64,000 bases of DNA from Callorhinchus milii (Eukaryota), in assembly GCF_018977255.1 (NCBI RefSeq), contig NW_024704742.1, forward strand, positions 76,944,001 to 77,008,000. Direction: 5' to 3'. The notes under the pieces were generated by a model that saw only the letters and a list, made by a program, of their open reading frames with translations, ran no database searches and was not told the DNA's origin. The position numbers and the translations under genes are program-made. Positions 35,469 to 49,045 of the stretch are shown piece after piece (the stretch's first letter is position 1; each line of letters starts with the position of its first letter).

Positions 35469-36714
35469 ACTTTGAGGATTAATTAATTTTACAGCCCTTA
35501 AATTCTCATCTGTTTCAAGCTCCTACACCCCAGCTACACACCATTTAATTGGAAGCAACCGATTATAAAGAAGTGCAGCAAATGTTATATGTACAGAGTA
35601 GGTTGGTCAGGCGATGAAAGAGGACAGATTTAATATTTCAGAACCTAATCATTGACCAGAATGAGGGGGATGTTTCTTCCTGCCTTTCTGGTGAATAATT
35701 GTAATGAATGATATAATAATAATAATAAATTGTCAGATAATGGGGTCTAAGAGGCCGATTTTTACACTAGTTTCCTTAGTTAAGAAACCTGAGTGTGGGT
35801 TCCTTTCAGTATGTTGTACTAAGTCAAACCAACTCATTCGTCTACAAAACACACACTCACTACACTTTGCAGGAAAGCCACTGTATCATTATTAAGGATT
35901 ATTAAAATTTTGATAACTAATGTGAATTCTGCTTTGAAAGTAGATTGAGGTCCACGAGTTGGTGTGCCATTCCTTAATTCAAGAATCTCATTTCAAATCA
36001 ATTTTAGATCTCAGTAGAACTCTGCTGTAATGTTCTTGTGGATATCAGCAGCAAAATTGCTGCCTAAATACAGCTTCCAAATTAAAACTAAATTTAAGAA
36101 TCTTTTCCAATTCTGGCCGATCTTGAATTTTAAAACAAAATGACTTATAGGCCAAGACCAGGAGCAATTTCAGGCCTAATGTTTTTCAGGTGAAACAGTT
36201 TAATTGGATCCTTGTGACATGTTTCCAAAGTACTTAGTTCAATCTAATGTTGAGCTGTAAGACTGAAGCATTTTGTTTATGTATGAAAAGGGATTTTTTC
36301 CATTGGCAAAGAGGTGTGGAGAGAATGCGAAGTTGAATATCACCATCTAACTTTGTGCTGAAGCATGCAGAACGGACACTGGATGGCACTGGATCTCAGT
36401 CTGTGTTGAGGTAACTGATCTTAGCTGGTGCAATGGTGGTGGAAGGGTCTAAAGTTTGCCTGAGTGAGTGCCATATGAGAGGAAGGGATAATAAGGTGTC
36501 ATATATTGAACTCTTTAATTGGTCAGCAACTTATTTAACATTTGTAAAGGGCCTTTCACGTGGGGAGGATGTCCTGACATTTAATGCTGAAAAAACATAG
36601 AAATTGTACCGTAAGCATCCATGAGGATTCATGGCAGATAGAGATGCGTGTGGCCAAGCTTCCCTTGATGTACCCTCACAATTAAATCCCTCTATGGGCT
36701 TGCCCGATCCTACA

Positions 36715-37026
36715 TAATAATAATCCTTGCATTTGATATAGCTCTTTTCACATCTTCTAGATGTCTCAAAGTGCTTCACAGAATAGACTGTAAAGTGAAT
36801 TGACTGTATATTTGTGGGTGAAATGCAGCAGCCAATTGCGCACAGCAGTGTCCCACAAACAGTCGTGGATTGAAATGACCAATTTATTATTGTTTTTTAT
36901 CTTGATGGATTATTATCAGGGGTGTGGAGTAAGGAAACTTGCCCGAGGTTTTGCCCTGCCGGGAATCAAACTCATGTCTCTCGCTTACAAAGTGAGTGCT
37001 CTAACCACTGAGCTACAGGACTCCAC
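36715..37026 (-). mobile_element. Full-length young SINE, short subfamily
   Basis: Same organisation as 33941-34268, on the - strand. Confidence 0.9.
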
Positions 37027-37596
37027 TGCATCTGGTACTTTGTCAAAATTATACCAACCTGGCTGCTTCCTTCACTCAGCAGGAACCACCTTGCTTCATT
37101 TCCCCCGCCCTACCCACTCCATCATTGGCAGTTAGACTTCCAGCTTATCTATCCCAACTGAAGTTCCATTCTGAAATCTATCTGACTCGCCCCTTCTCTC
37201 ACCTCACTTAAGGTCTGTCTCAAGACCTTCACCTTTGATTACGCCTACAGTCATCATTACCCTCTCCACCTCCACGTCTTCCACCCCAGCTGAAGTATCA
37301 AGCCAGGGTTGTCAAATACCTTAGGGCATCCTCCCAACATGAAAGGTGCTGTATAAATGTCATCACTGACACTCCAATGCATGGCTGGGGTGTGCTGAAT
37401 TGTTGGAGGTCCCATCCCTTGGATGAAATGTAAAACTAAGAGTCCCTCTGCCTGTTCAGATATGGATATTGAAGATCCCATAGCACTATTTGAAAATCAA
37501 AGGGAGTTTTTTTCTGTGGTCTTGGCCAACAAGTCCCCCCCCACCACGCCCCCAAAAGTTCTTTGAGATATCCTTCTGACGCTGAGTTACATCAGT

Positions 37597-37824
37597 GCTG
37601 AATGAATCTGCTGCTCATCTTGTGAATGAGTTACATATGGTTAAGTTACCTATGGTATCATCGCACTTATCTTCAGCAGTCTGCATTATAATTATAATTC
37701 AAGGAACCTGGCATTCCTCCCATGAGACAATGTTGCTGAGTGAATATGCAGCTCATCTTGTGAATGAGTTACATATGGTTGAGTTGTACATAATATAGCA
37801 TTTTCATCCAGCAGTCTGCATGAT
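37597..37824. repeat. Local direct duplication with a period of about 139 bp
   Basis: gctcatcttgtgaatgagttacatatggtt occurs twice, as does cagcagtctgcat. Confidence 0.8.
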
Positions 37825-39710
37825 GTATGCCTTTAATAAAAAATAATCAGTGGCAACAATAACTCTTTCATCTCCTTTTTAAAACTCTACAGCAAAGAGA
37901 TTTGTTTAGGCTTTAGCTGCTGTCATCTTGAAATTGAAATGTGGAAGTGAGTTTGAAGAATTAAGTTAATGGGCTATTTTGACTCAAATTAGAATGTACA
38001 GTAGGAGTGAGGGGGGTATCATAATTAAATCTGATCCCATCCTCATTCAACACTTGCCTTTGTTCACAAGCAGAAACCCTGCTTGAATGTCTGAATTATT
38101 TTTCTTACCCCGTGAGTGCAGAGGCCCTTACTGATACCCAGCTTGAACCTAGCTAACTCGGTAGAGACCACTCTCACATCTGAGACCTCCTGGATTGGAC
38201 AACTGTGTCTATATTCTGGGCAGTGCCTTTATCAATTGTGCTTTAGGGGAGAAAGAGTTGGTTGTTGGCTCTGAATATAAACTTGCCTAAAATTGTCCAA
38301 ATTTCAAATTAGATTTTGAAGACCAGAAAGCCACAGAGGACTATAGAAAGCAGTTTTTCCTCTACATAAGACTCCACGACTGAAAGTGATGACTTGTACA
38401 GGGATACAATTCCATCAAACAGTGGCCACCATAACTGAACCATATGCCCCAGATTATGAGTGTTGGCAGAGTATCTAATTTGAAGACCTTCACTATCAAA
38501 ACCAACCTGTTCTCGCAGGCATCACCAGGACCTTTCTAGCACTGGATGCTGGATAATGAGAATGAGCAGTAGGACCCCAGAAACAGTGACACTGAAGCCG
38601 ATTGTTTATATTTTGGACAGTCAGTGTCTGATACGTGCAGAAACCCGTCAACATGCTTAACAGTATCCAAACTTACTCATGGGAATTTCCCTATGTCTGG
38701 AATGGAATGCAACACCCTCCCAACACTGCATTGAAGTGTCAATCTAGACTATTAGATGTTCCAAGTCCCACCGTGGGAATTGAACCACAAATGTTAATTT
38801 CTTTGACAGCTAAAGTTGGTCACAGGTTTTCCAACTGAAGGAATAAAAATAAAGAGGATAAATTACCTTTTCACATACAGGGTTGTTAAATTTGAAATTA
38901 CCACAAATTGCTGAGTTCATAAACAGCATTTTAAAGAGAATTGGATAAATACTCAAAGAAAAGTTGTATCAAAGATGTGGGGAAAGATAGGGGAATGGGA
39001 TTAGAATAGACAATAATAACAAGAACTTGTATTTTTGTAGTGGATGTATGGTAATGCCTATTCCCTACTCAAGCTGCAGACTCTCCATAAGTCTACAGTC
39101 CATGCTGTTTCCTCCACCAGTCTCTGTAAGCTTATCACCCCAACCCTTGCTCATCGCTGATAGCTCTCCAGCCTAGCTCCTCATTCTCACCTTTAAATCC
39201 CTCCACAATCTCACCCACTGCTAGGACCTCCTTCACCTCTACCGACCCAGCCATTCTAATTGCTTTGTGAACTCCAGCCTACTTTATATCCCCCCACTCT
39301 ACCTGCTCCACCATAGACTGGCAAGCTTACAACCATTCTGCCACCTCTTTCTGGAATTACAGCCTGCATTGCCTCCAACTCTATCCCTCCCGATATTCAA
39401 AGCAACTCAAGATGTACCTCTTTAATTGCACTTTTGGTCATCTTTCCCTCCACACCTACTTTGCATTCCACCCTCCCCTCCCCCACCCCCCACCTTTCCT
39501 GGCTCGGATGCACAACGAGCAGTGTGAAGCATTTTGAGATATCCTCCTGACCTATGGAGATGATATTGTATTAACTCAAAACTCTTTACAGAGACTCTGT
39601 GCAGTGAAGATAGGGGCCATACTACTCAGAGTGCTAGTACAGTACCATCCAGACCCGATGGGTCAAATGGCTGCTGACTGTGCTGTGAATTTTTTATTAT
39701 TCTATGAACT

Positions 39711-40597
39711 GGAGTCCTGTAGTGTATGTGGAGTCTTGCAGTGTATTGGTTATAGTACTCGCCTTGCAAGTGAGAGGGCCTGGGTTTGATTCCCAGACAG
39801 GGCAAAACCTTAGGCAAGGTTCATTACTCCTCACATCTGTGTTTGCCTAGCAGTAAGTAAGAACTTGGTAGTTAGTCGATTGGTGGATTACTTTCCAGGG
39901 GTAATAATCCCTTAAAAAAAATTTGGTCCTGAAATGGGACCAAATTTGCTAGCTTGGTCCCTATCTGATAGGTTGGTCCCAAGGATGATCCTGGAACTGC
40001 AAGGTTATACCTATCAGGAAAGGCTGAACAAGCTTGGACTCTTTTCTCTTGAAAGAGAAGGGTGAGGGGTGTCCTGATAGAGGTCTTTAAAGTTATGAAA
40101 GGTTTTGATAGACACAGAGAAGATGTTTCCACTTGTGGGGGAAACCAAAACCAGGGGCCATAAATATAAAATAGTCACCAATAAATCATATAGGGAAGTC
40201 AGAAGAAACTTCTTTATACAGAGAGTGGTGGGAATGTGGAACTTGCTATACCACAAGGAGTAGTTGAGGCGAATAGCATAGATACATTTAAGGGGAAACT
40301 AGATAACTATGTGAGGGAGAAAGGAATAGAAGGTTATGCTGATAAGGGCAGGAGGAGGTTCATGTGGAGCATAAATGCTGGCATAGACCAGTTGGGCCAA
40401 ATGGCCTGTTTATTCTATGCAATTCTATAGTCACTCAATCCACAACTATTTGTGGGATACTGCTGCACGCAATTGGCTGCCATGTTTCACTCACAGAATG
40501 CAGTTCAATCCACTTCACAGTATATTCTGTGATGTGCTTTGAGATGTCTCAACAATGTGATAAGACGCTATATCAAATGGAAGGATTGTTATTGTTA
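39711..40597 (+). mobile_element. Young SINE, long subfamily, split by a CR1 insertion
   Basis: Head and long insert at 39711-39925. Deu core and tail resume at about 40430. Confidence 0.8.
39985..40430 (+). mobile_element. CR1 LINE ORF2 C-terminus and 3' UTR
   Basis: YQERLNKLGLFSLE, LIEVFKVMKG, TRGHKYK, RNFFIQRVVGMWN. Confidence 0.92.
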
Positions 40598-40609
40598 ACT
40601 GATCTCAGT

Positions 40610-41300
40610 CTGACTGTTACGGAACAACAGTTGACTTTGCTTAAGCCAGGGAAAAGAATCAGACAGGGTTCCTGCTCATGATTGCTAACCTGTGACCCCT
40701 GCTGTAAAGTGTGCCTGTATGGATGTGGCACAAGGTCAGGACTGGGGTCATCTGTAATTGCCCACCACAGTGGAACAGCCCACCGACTCTCACTGGTTAG
40801 ACTCATTCATAAAGATTGTCTTACCATTATTTTATTCCTTTAAAATTTCAAAGCAGCTTGTGGTGATATATAGATGCCAAGAATGTTTGCCTTGCATATT
40901 AATCTAAGATGATTATTCAGTTTGATTCAGTTTCCATGACATTTGATAAGTTACTTGCAGTACTATGTGACCATGCAGAAATTATTTTTCCTTCCCCCCC
41001 CCCGCACACACTCACATACACACACTTCTTTCTGTCTCTCTCAAAGTTTCTCAAAGCAGTGAACCACGAAAGGATGCAACAGCGAGTGCTAACAGCTCTG
41101 CAGGCTTTTCTCAGTTTGTGAGCCTAGCCAGTGAGTGTCGGCAGGAAATGCAATTGCAGGGAGGAGGACATCACAGCCGAGTCTGACCCTACTCTCTCTT
41201 AAAGTTCATGCGCACATAATTCCCAGCTATCACTGCATAGTTGCCAGGAATAGGAGCCTTGGTTGATTTTTTTTCACCCCTTCACTTGCTCAGAGGTGCA
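40610..41300. mobile_element. Two LF-SINE-like fragments (40610-40810 +; 41110-41300 -)
   Basis: aatcagacagggttcctgctcatgattgct...gacccctgctg and a reverse-complement homologue. Confidence 0.6.
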
Positions 41301-41894
41301 GAACACTGCAACGTCTGCTCAAAAGCTTTAGCGGTGCCAAGTCCAGTACTAATGCTTAGATTTTTGGTTGCCTATCACATTGCATGATCCTTACACTCGC
41401 AGACTCCTGAGATAATTAAGAGAATTTAACTGGGTTGCTAAATAACAGAGGACCATTCAATTTTATTTTCCCAATTCCAGGCTAGGAAACATATCTTTCA
41501 GTTTCTGTGAGCTTATCACCCTAATCCTCGCTGAGCAGACAGGACCTTGGTTTTTAACGTCTCATCTGAAGGACAGCACCTCCGACAATGCAACCCCCCA
41601 GCACTACATTGGAGTGTCAGCTTAGACTATGAGCATTCAAGTCCTGACATGGGGCTTGAAGATAGAGAAACTGTCCATGTGATTATGATGGAAGACTCTC
41701 GGATGTCCTTTGGTTACACTCAACAATTTGTAAAATGCCCGTTGTTTTCATGCTGCTAACAGGTGCCGTTCTGGCCCTGACCCAGATGAAGCAGTTTGGT
41801 GTGTTGAACAATCCAGGCAATGAAACACCACAACGGTGTTGAGATGCACATGAATCGGATTGGCCACCATTATTTAGGCTGAGGTCATTTGGAT

Positions 41895-42795
41895 AACAAC
41901 AACAACAAGATTACATTTGTATAGTGCCTTTCACGTCGGGAGGACATCCCAAGGTGCCGGACAGTGTACAGCAGTTCAGACCTGAGCTGGGGTCAGGGGG
42001 GGAGAAGGGTGGAGAGGGGAAGGGTGGTGACCATTGGCGTGGTCGAAGAGGACGGTTTTGAGGAGGGACTTGAAGGAGACTAAGGAGGGGCGAGGCAGAG
42101 TGAATGGAGGATGGAGTTTCAGAAGTTGGGGGCAGAGTGGCTGAAGCCTCTCCCGCCAATGTTTGGGGCGGGTGGGTCGGGGGACATGGAGCAGGCGAGA
42201 GCCGGCTGAGAGGAGGGAACGGGCGGGTTTGTAGGGGGTTAAGAAGTCACAGAGATAGAATGGGGGTGGAGACCATTGAGGGCTTTGTAGGTAAGGACCA
42301 GGATTTTGAACTGGATCCTCTGAAGGATAGGGAGCCAATGGAGTCGGGCGAGAATGGGGGAGGTGGGGTCACGGAGTTTGGTGCGGGAGAGGACACGGGC
42401 TGCAGAGTTCTGGATTATCTGCAGCCTGTGGAGGGAGGAGTTCGGAAGGCCGACAAGCAGGACGTTTGCATAGTTGAGCCTGGAGGTGATGAAGGCATGA
42501 ACAAGAGTTTCAGGGGCCTGAGGGGTGAGGTAGTGGCGGAGTTTGGCGATGTTACGGAGGTGAGGGAAGGCAGAGCGGGTCATGGCTTGGATGTGGGGAA
42601 GAAAAGACAGTTGAGGATCGAACAAGACCCCTAGGTTCCTGACTGGCTTGGTGAGTTGAAGTGTCCAACCATGGAGGTTGATGCTGCCAGAGCCTGAGGT
42701 GCTGAGGCGCTGGCGCGAGTCAATCAGGAGGGCCTCAGTCTTGTTCACATTCAACTGTAGGAAGTTTGCCCTCATCCAGGACTTGATGTCCGATA
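41895..42795 (-). mobile_element. L2 LINE 3' ~900 bp
   Basis: ORF 42239-42823 reads DIKSWMRANFLQLN..KTE, NLGVLFD, LHWLP; (GTT)n tail. Confidence 0.95.
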
Positions 42796-45104
42796 ATGAA
42801 TGATCTGAATGCTCTGCAGGCACGTGTATATATAAACGAAACGAATGTTCAGTGACCCTGAGCAGTTGAGAATGTCCAGCTGTGGACAGCTCTAGTTAGC
42901 TGGTACTCTACTTTGTATCGAGGGTTAACCCTGTTGCTGGGAGTGCAATTGCCGGCTTATCCATAAAATAAATATTTAACCAAGTCAGATTCAATATAAA
43001 ACAATTTAGATTTATATAGTGTCTTTCATGTCAGGTCTGGTCTCAAAGCGCTTCACACTGGGCACCTGAACCAGCGGGGGACATGAGTTTTTGCCCATGT
43101 TTGGAAAACACAGCTTATTCTGATGTATGGAGCCCCTTTTAACACACAGCAGGGCTGTCTGAAAACATCCTGGCATGTGCTCCCAGTTTTGTTAGTGAAC
43201 TACCAGCAGGTTGGCGCTGTTTTTATCATCACTACGGAGAGTTATTACATTCCTGAGGACAGATAGGTAATAACTCCACCGCTATAATCATCTGTCTTTT
43301 CTTATAAGGTGGGATCCCATTACAGCCAAAAGGTTGCGACAGACATGAAACTGTATTATGTAGAGAGCAAAGTTTGGATTTGCTAAGCTTACATATAATG
43401 CAGACTGGTAGGCGGTGTTGTAGATCAAGGAAATAGATATGCTACTGTATGTCACAGCTGAAATCGACTGTGCGAACCACATCTCAGAACACCAGGCTTC
43501 TCCAATGCAACACTTTGCTTGCTATCAGAGCATTCAAATGAGAGTGTTCAAAAGAATATGAACTCTTTTTTCTTGCATTGCAAGCCAAAAAAAGGGTTAA
43601 ACATTTTGTCCAAGGGAGCTCCGATACAGTCCCAACAGTAAATGACAATCTTTACAAAACACAGCTGTCTCAGTTATGCTGACTACTCCTCCTGACCCAT
43701 AAACTCCAGCTCTACATTTGCATCAAGTTAAGCAGATGAAAAGCAATGACTCTTCCCCCCCCCACCAACCCCCCCACTTCCCATTACCACCCAGTGTAAT
43801 TGTGAAACCCTGAAGGTGTTGTCAGAACTCTGAGTGCACACAGAGCTGCCTCTGCTTTGATCTCCAGTTTTGCTGTTTATCTTCACTCCTTTCCAGTTTG
43901 TTGAGCTTTCTGAGCTGGGAACCTCTTGAGGGAGGCCCCACACTGTTCTGACTCTGGGGGGGGGGGGGGGGTGGGCAAGGCTTTCTGATAAGAGGAGTCT
44001 GTGAAAAGGGCTTGAATTTTCAGCTGGAGTTTGTGGGCTGCAAGCCTGGAGTCACCACACAAGCCAACGGTTTCACTGTGAGACTGATGTGACCTGAAGG
44101 TAAACAATCTTAAGTAACATTCCCTAACAGGACTTTGTTTTTGTGTTCCATGCTAAACTTTGTTCAGTGCCACTGATATTTGTTTAAGGCTAATAGGGGA
44201 TCTGGGCAAAAGACATGAGGTGAATGAGCTGTGCTTTCTTGGAGCAGGATCTCACCCACTACCCTGATGACTTTGTTAGTTAAGGTAATTCACATGAAAA
44301 TCCCCTTTTAACAGAGAAGGGAAAAAGGAAATCTCCTTTACCAGCTCAAAGCAGCTTTCCAACAACCTAACTAGAACTAGTGGTTCATTAGTATTTGGGC
44401 TGTTTAGTTGAAGATGTTTTGAAATATTTGTGGGGGTAAATATTGCTTACAGTGTTCCAGTTATTAAAGTGCTTCTTCAGATGTTTATGTCTAAAATAAT
44501 AGGGTTCTAGAAGTATTTTAATCACACAGTGCTCAGTTATTACTGAGGAATTCAACCTTGATGGCTTACATTTGGTGTAGATTGCTATAATTTGTTTGAT
44601 TTACATCAAGTCCAAACCTATCTACTTGTAGCTTCAGGTCTAATGGTAGCTCATTAAAAGAGCTGTATTTGAGTGATATAGGATATTACTGTTTGATATG
44701 CAATTACAATTTAAGTTGCGATTCTCTGCCTTTTAGTGCCACACACTGCTTTCCGTGCCCAGGATGTACCAATAATGCTCTGTATTGACAGATAGCCTTG
44801 CTGGCTGATACCTCTGTTTAACTCAGACCCAGACAGCCTGTCTGATAGGCAGTCAGAAGGGACTCTCATATCCTGAGTAGCTGTGCAATTTGCTTCTCAT
44901 GGCATGAAATGCGCCTAGAGACGTCCTCCCAACATGAAAGGCGCTATATAAACGTAAATTGTATATACTGTACGCAAACCCAGGCAGTTGTTTGGAAGTC
45001 GGGAAAGTTGGTCTTTGCTTCTGGGCGGAAGCTTTGTAATTATAATATTAATCCTTGCACTTTAGTACAGGCCCTTTTCCATCAGGTGGGAGTTTGAAAG
45101 GAAA

Positions 45105-45342
45105 AAAAGTACCCTTCTCTTTTCAAGTAGTACCATGGGATCTTTAACTTCCACCAGAACAGGCAGATGGCACCTCGGCTTTTAATGTCTCATCCGAACG
45201 ATGGCATCTCCAACAATGCAACACCCCAACACTGCATTGGGATGTCAGTCCAGATGATCTGAATTCAAGTTCCAATGTGGGGATTGAACCCACAATCTTC
45301 TGACTAGGAGGCGAGAGTGCTACCAACTGAATCAGACTGACA
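45105..45342 (-). mobile_element. Older DeuSINE 5' part
   Basis: Head and body on the - strand. Confidence 0.75.
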
Positions 45343-46274
45343 CCTACGATTGTCAGTGACTGCTCCCTGATTAGCCAAGAAACTGTACCCTAGTATAAGG
45401 GGAGTCCTGTGAATCGCTTTGAGATGTCCTCCCAAAGTGAAAGGCACTGTATTAAATACAAGATTATTATAATTAAGATTATGCAAAATACATTAGAGAG
45501 AGAAAATTGCCAGATTTTGTTTTGATATGTTGACACAATAAAACAAAATTACAGTGTTGATTTGCTGGTAATTTAGTGTTACAGAGATTATTGTATTTGT
45601 GTGTCGAGCCCTATGGTAAATGGAATGAAAGTTACTGACCAAATAGAAATATTTTGCACCAGGAGAATGGATTTAGAGGCTACCAAAAGAATGATTTTGG
45701 CCATGTGTATTAAGAAGAACACTCATCTGATTAGAACATATTTGCTATCAAAACCGGTGAATTGAATGAAGGTCAATCGTCACAGCAGGAGATCACCAGA
45801 GATGTTCTGTTGTGATCTGACATCTCTCCTCGGTTTAAAAGGTAACAAATGTCTCCACAGCTTCAGTGTGCACTGTTTAAATGGACAGGGCCCTCATGGT
45901 ATTGTGTGCTGCATTCCTGGAAGTGCATTCCTTCGGATGAGACATTAAACCAAGTTCCCGTATGGGTGTTCAGGTGGATATTAAAGATCCCAGGCACTGC
46001 TTGAAAAAAGAAGGGAGTTTCTCCCAGTGTCCTGGCCAATGATCCTCCAGATAAAATGGTCATTCACTTTATTGATGCATGTGGGATATTACTGTATGTG
46101 CAAATTGGCAGCCGCGTTCACCTACAAAATACAGTTATGAAACAAGATATTTTAATTTGAGATGTTCCCACATTATAGGAGCTATATCAACAGTGAGGTC
46201 ATTATCAATTAAGTGCTTGCAAATATTTTGATTTATGTGTGTGTGTGTGTGTAGGGGATGTGGGGTGGGGGCAA

Positions 46275-46584
46275 GTCCTGTAGCTCAGTGGTTAGAGCAC
46301 TTGCTTTGCAAGTGAGAGACCTGAGTTCAATTCCAGGCACAGGGCGAAACCTTGGGCAAGTTTCCTTACTCCACACTCCTAATAATAATCCCTCCAAAAC
46401 CGAAAACAATAATAAATTGGTCATTTTCAACCTACGATTGTTTGTGGGACATTGCTGTGCGCAATTGGCTGCCGCGTTCTCCCACAAATATACAGTCAAT
46501 TCACTTTACAGTGTGTTCTGTGAAGCGCTTTGGGACATCCTCCCGACGTGAAAAGCGCTATATCAAATGCAAGGATTATTATTA
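46275..46584 (+). mobile_element. Full-length young SINE, short subfamily
   Basis: Very similar to 33941-34268. Confidence 0.92.
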
Positions 46585-47262
46585 ATTGCTGTGAGTCCTG
46601 ATTTTACATTGAGATGTGTCTTGAAGGAAGCAAGGGAGGGAGCGAGGTAAAGGGAATGTGGGATAAAGTTCCAAAAAGTGAGGGAATTAGGGTATTTTAG
46701 TGCAAGCAGCCTCCAGTAATATGTGAAGGCAGTTAGGGCATGAAGTATAGCAGCACATCCCTGACATTTGGTGTCATATTTTACTGGAGTTTTGTGTACA
46801 AGTGAAGGGACAATCGTTTTGCTGTGATTTCATCATTGCAAATAAAAGAGTCTGGTTCCCCTTTAAGGTTTATATAATCTCTATCCTTGACATTTGTTAC
46901 AAACTCACAGCTGGTTTTAGAATCTGATATCCTCTGCAAACTCTGAATTGGAGGGTTACTCTCTTCAGTCCTACATGGCAACTTCAGACTCCCACATCTC
47001 CGAAAGGGGCTGAGTTGAGCAGCTACATGTTGCTGTTTTTCCTGTGATTCTCACGACTCTATAGGTATCTTCACAGTCCCACTGAAAATATCCACAATCT
47101 CACTACTACACTTAAGCCTGTATTCTGAGCCATAGAATCCCATCTAGTCTTAGTTTGTTAAACCATTTTGTCTTAAAATTTAAACCTGTGCAATTTTTAA
47201 GACAAAATAGCCTTGCATCTTAAAATTTCGGGCCTCCTATGTGTAGCATTGTATTGTATTGT

Positions 47263-47700
47263 ATACCAACCTGCTCGCTCCCTCCGTTTATCAGGCTCCG
47301 GTCTGCTCCATGTCTCCCGCCCGACCCGCCCTACCATCGGTGGCCAGGCTTTCAGCCTCTCTGCCCCCACACTCTGGAACGCCATCCCACGGTCCCTTCG
47401 CCTCACAACAAGGGTTGTGGCCGATGGCATGGTCGAAGAGGAGGGTCTTGAGGTGGAACTTGAAGGAGGCTAAGGAGGGGGTGAGGCGGAGTGACTGGGG
47501 ATGGAATTCCAGAGGTTGGGGGCAATGGCGGGCTTTGTAGGTGAGGACCTGGATGAGGGCAAATCGGCCAACTCCCCTCCCCTCCCTTCTCCCTCCCTGA
47601 CCCCAGTTCGGGTCTGAAATGCTGTACACTGTCCAGCGCCTTGGGACGTCCTCCCAACGTGAAAGGCTCTATACAAATGTAATCTTGTTGTTGCTGTTGT
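47263..47700. mobile_element. L2 3' end with an internal inversion (+/-/+)
   Basis: + 47263-47406, - 47418-47550, + 47570-47700 with tail. Confidence 0.85.
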
Positions 47701-47851
47701 AGTGGTTGGTGCAGGACACTTTATCAAAGTCAGGCAGTGGCTGCTTGGACTCTTCCTTTATTTCATTCCCCCAAGTGATAACAGCGGAAAATCGGCAGCA
47801 ACACATTTGTAAACTAAAGTCAATGTAGTTTCCCTATAAATAAACCAACTC

Positions 47852-48530
47852 TATTTTTCTGCCTCCACCCTCAACTCCCGGACCACTGCTGTCCTGACAG
47901 ACTGTCTGTCGGACATCAAGTCCTGGATGAGGGCAAATTTCCTACAGTTGAATGTGAACAAGACTGAGGCCCTCCTGATTGGCTCACACCAGCGCCTCAG
48001 CACCTCAGGCTCTGGCAACATCAACCTCCATGGTTGCACACTACAACTCACCAAACCAGTCAGGAACCTAGGGGTCTTATTCAACTCTCAACTGTCTTTT
48101 CTCCCCCACATTCAAGCCATAACCCACTCTGCCTTCCCTCACCTCCATAACATCGCCGAACTCCGCCACTACCTCACCCTTCAGGCCGCTGAAACTCTTG
48201 TTCATGCCTTCATCACCTCCAGGCTCGACTATGCAAATGTCCTTGTCAGCCTTCCCAACTCCTCCCTCCACAGACTGCAGATAATCCAAAACTCTGCAGC
48301 CTGTATCCTCTCCCACACAAAACTCTGTGACCCCATCTCCCCCGACTCCATTGGCTCCCTATCCTTCAGAGGATCCAGTTCAAGATCCTGGTCCTCGCAT
48401 ACAAAGCCCTCCATGGCCTCGCCTCACCCTACCTCTGCGACCTCCTAACCCCCCACCAACCCGCCCGGCTCTGGCCTGCTCCACGTCCCCCGACCCACCC
48501 GCCCCACCATTGGCGGGAAAGCCTTCAGCC
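47852..48530 (+). mobile_element. L2 LINE fragment, same subfamily as 41895-42795
   Basis: ORF 47927-48448 is nearly identical to the corresponding part of ORF 42239-42823. Confidence 0.93.
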
Positions 48531-49045
48531 ACAACAACAACAAATTACACTTATATAGTGCCCTTCACGTTGGAAAGATTTCCCAGGGCACTGGACAATT
48601 GGATTTTGCACCCAAGCTGGGAGTTGGGCTCAGAAGGGGAGGAGGGGTGGGAGAGTGGCCGAAGGCACAGTCGAAGAGAAAGGTTTTCAGATGGGATTTG
48701 AAGGAGACGAGAGAAGCACTGGCATTACGGGATAGAGTTCAAGAGTGTGGGGACAGAGATGCTGAATGCCCGACTGCCATTGGTGGGGCGGGAATTGCGG
48801 GGGACCTGAAGCAGGCTGGTGTCTGCTGAGCAGAGGGAGCGGACAGGCTGATATGGAGTTATGAGGTCGGAGAAGTAGGGGGGAGCAAGACCGTGGAGGG
48901 CCTTGAAGGTAAGAACGAGGGTTTTGTACTCAATTCTCTGAGGAATGGGGAGCCAGTGAATGCTGGGAGAGGAAAGAGAAAGCTGGGAAGTGACAATTCG
49001 TTCCATGACCTTTGATGGAAAGGAAGGTTTGAAAAGGAAGCCACT
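48531..49045 (-). mobile_element. L2 LINE 3' fragment
   Basis: HWLPIPQRIEYK...LHGLAPPY; tail at 48531. Confidence 0.88.

Noticed and set aside
43203..43218. Second CTCF-like motif
   Set aside because: It has an extra base in the core and is a poor match.
46781..46981. Possible - strand exon; similar weak candidates near 50420-50570, 55445-55605, 59944-60094 and 61250-61425
   Set aside because: Splice sites are weak or unpaired, no consistent phase chain emerged, and I recognise no homology.
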